A stretch of 64,000 nucleotides of DNA from Phycisphaerae bacterium (lineage in GTDB: Bacteria > Planctomycetota > Phycisphaerae > UBA1845 > Fen-1342), in assembly GCA_050115495.1 (NCBI GenBank), contig JASFQK010000035.1, forward strand, positions 1 to 64,000, read 5' to 3'. The translations under genes were made by a program, and so were the position numbers. Each line of letters starts with the position of its first letter. Position 1 is the first letter of the stretch. Of the stretch, positions 38,279 to 46,657 are shown piece by piece. Under the pieces are notes generated by a model, which saw only the letters and a list, made by a program, of their open reading frames with translations, was not told where the DNA came from and ran no database searches.

Positions 38279-40026
38279 GCGTGCACCGCACCGGAAAACT
38301 CGGTCAGCTCCTGCTCGATGAAGGCCTGGTCACCGAGGCCGACCTGCTGCGCGCCCTCGAAGCGCAGAACACCGATAACCGCCGGCTCGGCGAACTGCTC
38401 ATCGACCTGAGCATCCTCTCGCCGAAGGCCATGCTCAGCGCGCTGGCCAAGCAGCTCGGCGTGAAATGCTGCCAGCTCCGCCACGGGCTCATCGATCCAG
38501 CCGCCGCCCGCCTGCTCGACCGCGAGGAGGCCACGCGGCTGAAGGTCCTGCCGCTGTTCAAGGTTGAAGACCGGCTGACGGTCGCCATGACCGAACCGCA
38601 GGCCCTGCCGACGATCGATCGGCTCAGCGCCCTGACCGGCTGCGAGATCAACCCCATCCTCGCCCTCGAAAACAACATCACTGAGTTCCAGGAGAAGTAC
38701 CTCGGCGAGCAGGTGGACATCGACTCGTTCCTGGTCAACCTGACCGAGAGCGAGGTGCAGGTCGTCGAACGGGAGACGGTCGACGAGGACAGCGCCCATG
38801 AAATCGGCCGCATGGTCGAGGGCAGCCCGATCGTCAACCTCGTCAACCTGGCGATCATGACCGCCATCCGCGACAAGGCCAGTGACATCCACGTCGAGCC
38901 GACCAAGCGGGCGACGAACATTCGCTACCGCATCGACGGCAACCTGCGCGAACTCATGTCCGCCCCGACCAGCATGCACGCCGCAATCGTCTCGCGCATC
39001 AAGGTCATCGGCAAGATGGACATCGCCGAGCGCCGGCTGCCGCAGGAAGGCCGAGTGCACGTCGTCGCCGAAGGCCGCGAGATCGACCTGCGTGTCTCGT
39101 CCATGCCCACGCTGCTGGGCGAGAAGATCGTCATCCGCATCCTGGACAAGACGAACCTCAATGTCTCGCTGGACAAGCTCGGCGTCAACGTGCATCAGAT
39201 GGACGCCTTCCGCCGGATCTTCTCGCGGCCACACGGCATCGTCCTGGTCACCGGGCCGACGGGCAGCGGCAAGACGACCACACTGTATTCCGTGCTCGAC
39301 CTGCTCAACGCGCCGGAGAAGAACCTGGTCACCATCGAGGACCCGGTCGAGTACCAGCTCGACGGCGTGAACCAGATCCAGGTGAATGAACATATCGGCA
39401 TGACCTTCGCCCGGGCCCTGCGGTCGATCCTGCGACAGGACCCGGACGTGGTCATGGTGGGCGAGATTCGCGATACGGACACGGCTCGCGTCGCCATTCA
39501 GGCGGCGCTGACCGGCCACCTGGTGCTCTCGACGCTGCACACGAACAACGCACCGGGGGCGTTCGTGCGTCTGGCCGATATGGGCGTCGAACGCTACCTC
39601 CTGGCGTCGGCGTTCAACGGCGTCGTGGCTCAGCGTTTGGCGCGGACGATCTGCCCGCACTGCCGCACGTCGTACTACCCGCCGGAAAGTGCCCTCGCCG
39701 ACGCCGGTTGGCTCGACCGCACCGAACAGGTGTTCTACAAGGGCGAAGGCTGCAAGCAGTGCCACGACAGCGGCTATCGCGGGCGGGCCGGGATCTACGA
39801 AGTTCTCGAAGTGACGGAGAGCGTGCGCAGCGTGCTGCATCGGGCCGAGGACGAGGGCGAGATCCGCGAGGTCGCCCGGCAACACGGCTGGCGAACGTTA
39901 CGCGAGGAGGGGCTCGTGCTCGTCGAGCAAGAACGCTCAACGCTGGAAGAGGTGCTGCGGGTGACGCACGCGGAAACGGAGTCGCGTACCCGGGCGGAGC
40001 GCAGCCCGGAACCTGCCATAGCGTAG
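38275..40026 (+). CDS. GspE/PilB/MshE assembly ATPase with N-terminal MshEN domain
   Basis: Tandem MshEN motifs, ASDIHVEP, GPTGSGKTTT, TIEDPVE, LRQDPD, GHLVLSTLH, CPHC...CKQC. Confidence 0.95.
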   Translation: MSVHRTGKLGQLLLDEGLVTEADLLRALEAQNTDNRRLGELLIDLSILSPKAMLSALAKQLGVKCCQLRHGLIDPAAARLLDREEATRLKVLPLFKVEDRLTVAMTEPQALPTIDRLSALTGCEINPILALENNITEFQEKYLGEQVDIDSFLVNLTESEVQVVERETVDEDSAHEIGRMVEGSPIVNLVNLAIMTAIRDKASDIHVEPTKRATNIRYRIDGNLRELMSAPTSMHAAIVSRIKVIGKMDIAERRLPQEGRVHVVAEGREIDLRVSSMPTLLGEKIVIRILDKTNLNVSLDKLGVNVHQMDAFRRIFSRPHGIVLVTGPTGSGKTTTLYSVLDLLNAPEKNLVTIEDPVEYQLDGVNQIQVNEHIGMTFARALRSILRQDPDVVMVGEIRDTDTARVAIQAALTGHLVLSTLHTNNAPGAFVRLADMGVERYLLASAFNGVVAQRLARTICPHCRTSYYPPESALADAGWLDRTEQVFYKGEGCKQCHDSGYRGRAGIYEVLEVTESVRSVLHRAEDEGEIREVARQHGWRTLREEGLVLVEQERSTLEEVLRVTHAETESRTRAERSPEPAIA

Positions 40027-40315
40027 CGTCCGGGCTCCGTACCGGACGTCCGAACGTGTGGCATGCCCAAGCGCAGCGCGGGCATGTAACGTCGACCCCC
40101 CGTGGCCGACGTCGATCGCAGCATACGCCGCGCTGCGGAAGACACTGCTCAAGAGCAGTGGCACACCGCGGCGTGGCTCCCGTCCGGGCTCCGTACCGGA
40201 CGTCCGAACGTGTGGCATGCCCAAGCGCAGCGCGGGCATGTAGCGTCGGCCCCCCGTGGCCGACGTCGACCGGCGGGTGACCAGCGCACTGGTGGACAAG
40301 CCACCAATGGCACCC
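40023..40315. repeat. REP mosaic between the ATPase and platform genes: 89-bp direct repeat (40027-40115 and 40181-40269) flanking family A, then family C
   Basis: The two copies differ at 2 positions; each holds two family B hairpins and a CATGCCC...GGGCATG hairpin. Confidence 0.92.
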
Positions 40316-40352
40316 GCCCGTGTGGCCCGCCCCAGGCGGCGGGAGGTGATTC

Positions 40353-41579
40353 ATGCGGTTCGCATACGAAGCGATGCGTCCGGACGGCAGCACGGTCGTC
40401 GACGCCGTTGAGGCGGCCGACCGCGGCGAGGCCGTCGAGAGCCTGCGGACCAAGGGGCTGATGGTCCTGCGGCTCAACGAAGCCGCCGCAGCGGCGGCGG
40501 GTGCCGCAACCGGCGGCCGGCCGGGACTGTCGCTGTATAGCAGCAAGATCACCGCCCGCGACATCGTCCTGTTCACCCGGCAGTTGAAGATGCTGCTCGA
40601 ATCGGGCTCGCCGCTGGTGCCGGCCCTCGAGGCCGCCGCCCAGCAGACGCAAAAGCCCGCCATGCGCAACATCCTCAAACGCCTCCAGGAGCGCGTCGAG
40701 GAGGGCGACAGCCTCTCCGAGGCCATGGATCTCGAGCAGGACGCCTTCGATCCGGTCTTCCGCAGCATGGTCGCCGCCGGCGAGGCCACGGCCACACTGC
40801 CCGACGTGTTCGGGCGGCTATGCACGCTGGCCCAGCAGCGCATGCAGACGCGCAAGATGGTGCTCGGCGCCATGCTCTACCCACTGATCCTGACGCTGCT
40901 GCTGGTCGGCGTGATGGGCGTGCTCATCTTCTTCGTCGTGCCCCGCTTCCGCACGCTCTTCGACAGCCTCAAATCGCCGCTGCCGCCGACGACCAAAGTG
41001 CTGTTCGACGCCGCGGCCAACCTGCAGACGACCTGGCCCTATTTCGTGGGAGGGGCGGTCGCGGCGATCGCGACCCTTGTCGTCTGTTTGCGGCTGCGAA
41101 GTACGCGGCAGTGGATCGAGGAGGCGATGCTGCGGCTGCCGGTCATCGGCAATATCGCCTCGCGGCTCATCTTCGCCCGTGTGGTGCGCGTCTGGGCGGC
41201 CATGCTGCGCTGCCACGTGCCGCTGCTCGACACGATCCACCAGTCTCGCGACGCGATTACCAACGCCGCCTTCCTGCGCCTGCTCAGCCGCATCGAGGAA
41301 ACCGTCTCCGCCGGCGGACGCATGGCCCAGGCCATCAGCGACGCCCGCCTGGCCGATCCGGTGATGGTCTCGGCGATCCGCACCGGCGAGGAAAACGGCC
41401 GGCTGGCCGAAGCTGCGGATTTCGTCTCCGACTGGATGGACGAGGACAACACGCACCTCGTGCAGCAGATAACGCGTCTGACCGAGCCGCTGTTGCTGGC
41501 GTTCATGGGCGTGGTCGTCGGTTTCGTGGCCATGTCGCTGTTCTTGCCGCTGTTCGACCTGGTGACGGCGGCCGGTTGA
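40353..41579 (+). CDS. PilC/GspF inner-membrane platform protein
   Basis: RBS GGAGG; FAYEA, FTRQL..LLESG, MVAAGEATATL, AMLYP, TGEENGRL, LTEPLL, LFLPLF. Confidence 0.93.
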   Translation: MRFAYEAMRPDGSTVVDAVEAADRGEAVESLRTKGLMVLRLNEAAAAAAGAATGGRPGLSLYSSKITARDIVLFTRQLKMLLESGSPLVPALEAAAQQTQKPAMRNILKRLQERVEEGDSLSEAMDLEQDAFDPVFRSMVAAGEATATLPDVFGRLCTLAQQRMQTRKMVLGAMLYPLILTLLLVGVMGVLIFFVVPRFRTLFDSLKSPLPPTTKVLFDAAANLQTTWPYFVGGAVAAIATLVVCLRLRSTRQWIEEAMLRLPVIGNIASRLIFARVVRVWAAMLRCHVPLLDTIHQSRDAITNAAFLRLLSRIEETVSAGGRMAQAISDARLADPVMVSAIRTGEENGRLAEAADFVSDWMDEDNTHLVQQITRLTEPLLLAFMGVVVGFVAMSLFLPLFDLVTAAG

Positions 41580-41601
41580 GGACATAAGGAGTGGCGACAC
41601 G

Positions 41602-42762
41602 ATGGTCTCGTGGCTTCATCCGAAACGCTCGCTGATCACGTTTGATCTCGGCGCCGCCGGCCTGCGCGCCTGCCAGGTGCAGTCGCGTCGCTCCGGCTCC
41701 CGCAGGGCCGCCGGCGTGAGAGTCTGTGACAGCCTGCACGTCGAACGCCGCGCCTCCACCGAAACCGACAAGCCCACGCCGCCGATCGTCGACCCCACCC
41801 AGCTCGACCGCCTGATCGGCCAGGGCGCCTTCAGCGGCCGCAACGTCGCTCTGGTCCTCTCACCGCCCGAGGTGCAGTTCCTGCCCCTGCGACTGCCGGC
41901 CCAGGCCCTCAGCCAGCCGCGCGAGCGGGTCGAGCAGGCCCTGCGCTGGGAGGTAGCCCAGGCCAGCCGCAAGACCGGCGACGAGCTCGAAGTCCGCTTC
42001 TGGCCGCTGCCCGCCGCCCGCGGTCAGCAGGCCAACGTCATGGCCGTATCGATGCCCGCGGAGACGGCCGCGCGCTGGAGCGACGAGTTCGCCCGCTCGC
42101 GCCTCGCCCTGCGACGCATCGACGTCTCGCCCTGCGCCCTCGTGCACCTGGCCCGCCGCGCCTGGACGCCGGACGAACGAGACCTGTGGGGCGTGCTCGA
42201 CCTCGGCCACCGCCATTCGATCCTCACCGTCGTCGTCGGCACGGTGCCGACCTACGTCCGCGAGCTGTCGATCTCGACGCACGACTGGACGCGCCGCCTG
42301 GCCGAAGCCTTCGAGGTCACGCCGCTGGTCGCCGAGGAGTTGAAGCGTCAGCACGGCGTCCGCCCGACGGCCCGCAGCGTGGGCCCGGCCTCGCGTTCGC
42401 GCACACCGCTGGCGGCCGGCGATCTCCAGGACGCCGTCAGCAGCGTGCTGCGTGACTCGCTCGAAGCCCTGGCCCACGAGACGACGCGCTGCCTGTCCTA
42501 CGTCTTCCAGAGCTACCCGGACGTGACCCTGCGGCGGCTCTTCCTGGCCGGCGGCGGGGCGAGCGTCCCGGGCCTGCAAGAGGGTCTGACCGCGAACCTG
42601 GGCATCGATGTGACCGTGCTGGCCGCCAACGGCAGCGCCAACGGCAGCGCCAATGGTAGCAGCGACGGCGAATCCTGGGAGCATCCTTTGCCGGACGTGC
42701 GTTTCGGGCCGCAGGTGGCCGCCTCGCTGGGGGGCGCCATGCTCGGATTGGAGGCGCCATGA
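41602..42762 (+). CDS. PilM-like actin-fold alignment protein
   Basis: ITFDLGAAGLR, LRRIDVSPCAL, VLDLGH, LFLAGGGA. Confidence 0.8.
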   Translation: MVSWLHPKRSLITFDLGAAGLRACQVQSRRSGSRRAAGVRVCDSLHVERRASTETDKPTPPIVDPTQLDRLIGQGAFSGRNVALVLSPPEVQFLPLRLPAQALSQPRERVEQALRWEVAQASRKTGDELEVRFWPLPAARGQQANVMAVSMPAETAARWSDEFARSRLALRRIDVSPCALVHLARRAWTPDERDLWGVLDLGHRHSILTVVVGTVPTYVRELSISTHDWTRRLAEAFEVTPLVAEELKRQHGVRPTARSVGPASRSRTPLAAGDLQDAVSSVLRDSLEALAHETTRCLSYVFQSYPDVTLRRLFLAGGGASVPGLQEGLTANLGIDVTVLAANGSANGSANGSSDGESWEHPLPDVRFGPQVAASLGGAMLGLEAP

Positions 42763-43493
42763 GCTGCTCGGTGAACCTGGTCCCCGCCGCGCGTCTGCAC
42801 GCCCAGGCTCGCGCCCGCCGGCGCATCGGCTGGCTCATCGTCGGGGCGATCGGCGCCTTGCTGGTCGGCGCCGGCTGGGGTGTGCAGCACATCGCCGCGG
42901 CCGGCCTGGCCCGCCTGGCCGAACACGTCGCCGGCCTGGAGGTGCAGCACGCCGAAGCGCAGCGCCGTCTGCTGGCCAGCCAGGGCCAGCGCGACGCCCT
43001 GCTCGATCAACTGCGCGTGGTGGCGACGGCCCGCCGGCCGCAGCCGTGGGCCCACCGCCTGACCGCGCTGGCCCGTCAGGCCCCGCCGGGCGTCTTCCTG
43101 ACCGAACTCGTGGTAACCACGCCCGAGGGCCCGACCCGCCCGACCGAAGACGCCACCGGCGAACACCGCCGCGCCGCCGCCGCCGCGCACACCGCCACCG
43201 CGCGCACCGCCACCGGCCGCACCACACCCACCGGCTCGCCGCAGGCGCAGGCGTCTTCTCTGAGCCCGCCGCAGGCGCCGCAGGCGAGCCCGCCGCAGGC
43301 GCCGCAGGCGCAGGCGGTCCGTCTGGTCGGCTACGCGGTGGACCATGGGGCCTTGATCCAGATGTTGCAGACGTTGGAGAGCGATCCGGAGTGGGGGCAG
43401 GTGGAGCTGGTGCGGGCCACGCTGGAGCCGCTACGGGGCGGTGTGGCCGTGGCTTTCCAGTTCGACTGCCGCACGGGGGAGGGCCGGCCGTGA
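42759..43493 (+). CDS. PilN-like protein
   Basis: N-terminal VNLVP, TM helix, coiled coil, PPGVFLTEL, VRLVGYA; ATGA overlap. Confidence 0.8.
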   Translation: MSCSVNLVPAARLHAQARARRRIGWLIVGAIGALLVGAGWGVQHIAAAGLARLAEHVAGLEVQHAEAQRRLLASQGQRDALLDQLRVVATARRPQPWAHRLTALARQAPPGVFLTELVVTTPEGPTRPTEDATGEHRRAAAAAHTATARTATGRTTPTGSPQAQASSLSPPQAPQASPPQAPQAQAVRLVGYAVDHGALIQMLQTLESDPEWGQVELVRATLEPLRGGVAVAFQFDCRTGEGRP

Positions 43494-44095
43494 TCGTGTG
43501 CCGCAAGCCGTGGACGGTGTACGACGTGGACGTGGCCGGGCTGGTCGGACTGGCCGTGCTGGCGGCGGCGTCGTGGTGGCTGGCGGTGGCCCCGTGGCTC
43601 CAGACGTGGCACGGCTTCCGCGAGCTGGCCCGCAAGCAAGCCGCCGTGTCGCAGTGCGTGCTGGACGACATCGTGGAGTCCGACCGCCGCGAGGGGGAAC
43701 TCGAAGGGCTCGGGCGGGTCGTGTCGAATGAACTGGCCCAGGTCCCGGCGGCGGGTGCGCTGACGGAGCAGTTGCAGCGGATGACGGAGCTGGCCCGGGC
43801 GTGCGACGTGGAGCTGTTGAGCGTGACGCCGCAACCGCCGAGCCGCGAGGGTCCGTACTGGGTGAGCGACATCCGCGTCACCGGGCGGGGCTCGTGCCGC
43901 AACTTCATCCGGCTGCTCGACCGGCTGGCTGGGGAAAACCCGTACGCCAGCCTGCGGGCCTGCTCCGTAGCCCGGCCGCCGCTGAGCCGCGAAGCGTCGG
44001 GCGAGCTCGCGTGGACCGTGCGGCTGTACCTGCTGCCGGCCAATGGCGACGGCGGCGATGCCGAAGCCCGCGGCAGCGACGGAGACGAGTCATGA
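43490..44095 (+). CDS. PilO/GspM-like protein
   Basis: GTGA overlap with pilN; TM helix, coiled coil, VELLSVTP, VTGRG..FIRLLDRL. Confidence 0.72.
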   Translation: MIVCRKPWTVYDVDVAGLVGLAVLAAASWWLAVAPWLQTWHGFRELARKQAAVSQCVLDDIVESDRREGELEGLGRVVSNELAQVPAAGALTEQLQRMTELARACDVELLSVTPQPPSREGPYWVSDIRVTGRGSCRNFIRLLDRLAGENPYASLRACSVARPPLSREASGELAWTVRLYLLPANGDGGDAEARGSDGDES

Positions 44096-44652
44096 GCCGG
44101 CTGTCCAAGCGACACCGCATGCTGGGCGGCGTGCTGCTCACCGCGCTCAGCTTCCTGGCCGGCGACTGGTACCTGAAGACCGGCGAGCCGGCGAAGGCCC
44201 AGGGCGCCGCCCACGGCAGCGGCGGAGCCGGCGGCAGCGGAGCGATCGCGACGCGGTGGGAGGACGTCTCCGGCCTGGTGGCGCAACTGACGGACACGCA
44301 CTACACGTCGGTGGCGGATGAGCTGGCCAGCGTGGACCGTGACCTGTTCGTGCCGACCGCGGTGGTGGAGGAAGCCTTCCCCGTGGTCGAGCCGGTGCTG
44401 TCGGAGGCCGAGGAAGCCGCGGCAGCGCCGCCGCCGGCGCCGCCCCCATCATTCGAGGAAGTGCACCGGTTGGTGGGCGTGATGATCGGTGCGCACCCGC
44501 TGGCGGTGATTGACGACCTGGTCGTGCCCGTCGGCGGTGTAGTGGACGGCCACGAATTGGTGGAAGTCCAGCGAGATTATGTGGTCCTGAAGAGCCGGGA
44601 GACCGGTCTCCTGGTCCGGCTCACAGTGGCGTCGAGCCCGGTAAACCCTTAG
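44092..44652 (+). CDS. MshK/PilP/GspB-like bitopic protein
   Basis: N-terminal TM helix, RDLF, Pro linker, LVGVMIG..LAVIDD..VPVGGVVDG..LVEVQRDYVVL; ATGA overlap. Confidence 0.6.
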   Translation: MSRLSKRHRMLGGVLLTALSFLAGDWYLKTGEPAKAQGAAHGSGGAGGSGAIATRWEDVSGLVAQLTDTHYTSVADELASVDRDLFVPTAVVEEAFPVVEPVLSEAEEAAAAPPPAPPPSFEEVHRLVGVMIGAHPLAVIDDLVVPVGGVVDGHELVEVQRDYVVLKSRETGLLVRLTVASSPVNP

Positions 44653-44718
44653 GCCAACGGGCGAAAACGCGGGGTTTGTGAAAGGTCTGTGACCCGCGAT
44701 TCACGCCGGCATCGGTCT

Positions 44719-44745
44719 TAAAGCCACGCCGGCGCCCGGACGATG
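44719..44745 (+). promoter_or_regulatory. Putative sigma28/WhiG-like promoter of the pilin gene
   Basis: TAAAG-N15-GACGATG. Confidence 0.5.
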
Positions 44746-44841
44746 TGACAGCAGCAATGCCAGCAAGCAGCCTGCACGGCAACGGCAGGTGACCCGAACT
44801 ACCTGGTTTCGCGCACGAGCGTGCGGGAAGGAGTAAAGGAC

Positions 44842-45339
44842 ATGACGTTGGGCAAGAACAGGAAGTCCGGCTTTACCCTCGTCGAGTTGGTGGTGGTCAT
44901 CGTGATCATCGGGATCCTGGCCGCGATCGCTATCCCGCGCCTGAGCCGCGGCTCGGCCGGCGCCAGCTCTGGAGCCCTCTCGGCGAACCTGTCGATTGTG
45001 CGGAACGCCATCAACATGTACGCCGCCGAGCACAACAGCAAGTTCCCAACAGCGACGATCGTCGACCAGTTGACGACGTACTCGAGTCTCACGGGAACGA
45101 CGGACGCCACGCGGAGCAGCACGTACAAATTCGGACCGTACCTGGCGGCGGTTCCGCCCTGCCCCGTCGGCGAGAACGCCGGCAGCGCGACCGTCCTGAT
45201 CGACGCCACGGTGACGGCGGACCCGCCGGCCCCGGACACCTCGGGAGGCGAAGGCTGGGTCTACAAGCCCCACACGGGTGAGATCGCGGCCAACACCAAC
45301 CAGAACGACGACGTCGGGAACCCTTTCAAGGGGTACTAA
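44842..45339 (+). CDS. Type IV pilin / pseudopilin (probable major subunit)
   Basis: MTLGKNRKSG|FTLVELVVVIVIIGILAAIAIP class III signal peptide; RBS AAGGAG. Confidence 0.93.
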   Translation: MTLGKNRKSGFTLVELVVVIVIIGILAAIAIPRLSRGSAGASSGALSANLSIVRNAINMYAAEHNSKFPTATIVDQLTTYSSLTGTTDATRSSTYKFGPYLAAVPPCPVGENAGSATVLIDATVTADPPAPDTSGGEGWVYKPHTGEIAANTNQNDDVGNPFKGY

Positions 45340-45502
45340 CGCCCGGGGCGGAAGTGGAGGGCGTTGAGACGGAGCCAGCCCCGGAATCCGAGCCTGGGTC
45401 TTGACCACCCAGCCCGGTACCCAACGTCAATCGGTAAGGCGGCACGCGAAGTCGAACGTTGAACGTTCGGCTTCGCGTCGCCGCGCGCAGACCTCGAAAC
45501 CC

Positions 45503-46657
45503 CTACCGCACGTCGGACGATGCCTCGCCGCGGAGCACGCGAGCCACGGGGCTCTGCGGCTCGCAACGCGCCAGCGTCGCCAGGGCACCGACCAGCACGT
45601 TCTCATTCCCCGCCCGCCAGGCCAGCGTCGCCACCAGCTCCAGCGTCGCCACGTCCTCCGGCTGGCGAAGCAGAACGCGCTGGGCAGTCGCCAGGGCCGC
45701 CTCGTCCTCGCCGGCCACGACCAGCGCCCGAGCCAGCAGCCGCAGCGCCCGCGGATCATCCCGGTCGGCGCGCAGCACAGCCTGCAGCGCCGTGCGGGCC
45801 GCCGTGTCGCGACCCAGCTCCAGGTAGCTCTCCGCGAGCATCAGATGCAGCGCGGCGGCGGTTGAGGCTTCGGGACCGCTGGTGAGCTGATCCAGGACGG
45901 GTGCCGCTTCCGCATATCGGCCGGCCCGGAACAACGCGATGGCCAATCGCTCCTGGAGCGCCGCCCCCGCAGCCTCGCTGCCGATAACGCGCTGCCAGGC
46001 CGAGGCCGCCGCCGACCACGCCCCCATCTGCTCGTGGCACTCGGCGAGCGCCGCCTGGTAAGCGTTGGTCCAGCGGAAACGCTCCGCGCCGCTCTCCAGG
46101 TAGCCCTGGGCCGCGTCGGGCTGACCCAGTTGCAGCCAGACCTGCGCCGTCGCCACCACGTAGGCCACCTCTTCCGCATCCAGCTCCGCCGCCCGTTTGA
46201 ACGCCGCCAGCGCCTCGTCCCAGCGCTGCTCCTGCTGCCGAATCACGCCCAGCAGGTATTCCAGCTCGGCGCTCGGCGGCCCGTTGCGCAGACCCGCCTC
46301 GACGAGCGCTTCCGCCTCGCTCAGCCGATCCTCCGCCAGGCAGATACGCACACGCAGCGGCAGCAGCCCCGGCTCCGTCGGATCCAGCCGGCAGGCCTCG
46401 TTCAGCTCCTCGGCGGCGGCGGATACGTTGCCCGCCGCAAAGTGGTCCGCAGCCAGGCTGGCCTTCACCTGCGCCCGCGCCCGATTCCAACGGGCCGTCG
46501 CCTCCTCCTTCGCCCGCTGCGGCATGCTTTCGCAGCCGGCCAGCGCGAGAAAAATGGACAGACCGACGACGTATCCGGACATCCGAGAGCGTGACGACGG
46601 GCAACGGCCGACACGGACGTCGGCCGCTACAGCGCGGCGGCAGGGTCGATCGGTCAT
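45503..46657 (-). CDS. TPR-repeat lipoprotein (pilotin/MshN-like)
   Basis: Lipobox LAG|C, TPR repeats; ATGA overlap with the secretin stop; alternative start 46582. Confidence 0.78.
   Translation of the reverse strand: MTDRPCRRAVAADVRVGRCPSSRSRMSGYVVGLSIFLALAGCESMPQRAKEEATARWNRARAQVKASLAADHFAAGNVSAAAEELNEACRLDPTEPGLLPLRVRICLAEDRLSEAEALVEAGLRNGPPSAELEYLLGVIRQQEQRWDEALAAFKRAAELDAEEVAYVVATAQVWLQLGQPDAAQGYLESGAERFRWTNAYQAALAECHEQMGAWSAAASAWQRVIGSEAAGAALQERLAIALFRAGRYAEAAPVLDQLTSGPEASTAAALHLMLAESYLELGRDTAARTALQAVLRADRDDPRALRLLARALVVAGEDEAALATAQRVLLRQPEDVATLELVATLAWRAGNENVLVGALATLARCEPQSPVARVLRGEASSDVR
46605..46630 (-). repeat. GTAG-REP family B
   Basis: GTAG-CGGCCGAC-GTCCGT-GTCGGCCG. Confidence 0.85.

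Noticed and set aside
40027..40269. Direct repeats as a CRISPR array or att sites
   Set aside because: Only two 89-bp copies, built from dispersed REP modules; no integrase or cargo between them.
39614..40461. ORFs crossing the pilB-pilC gap that share peptides with ORFs near 4.6 kb and 12.3 kb
   Set aside because: The shared peptides are just translations of the REP repeats, not a gene family.
44653..44841. c-di-GMP riboswitch upstream of the pilin
   Set aside because: Hairpins and a GAAA are present, but I could not match the class I (GGCAAAC...GAAA...GACGCAAAGC) or class II consensus. An Infernal/Rfam scan would settle it.
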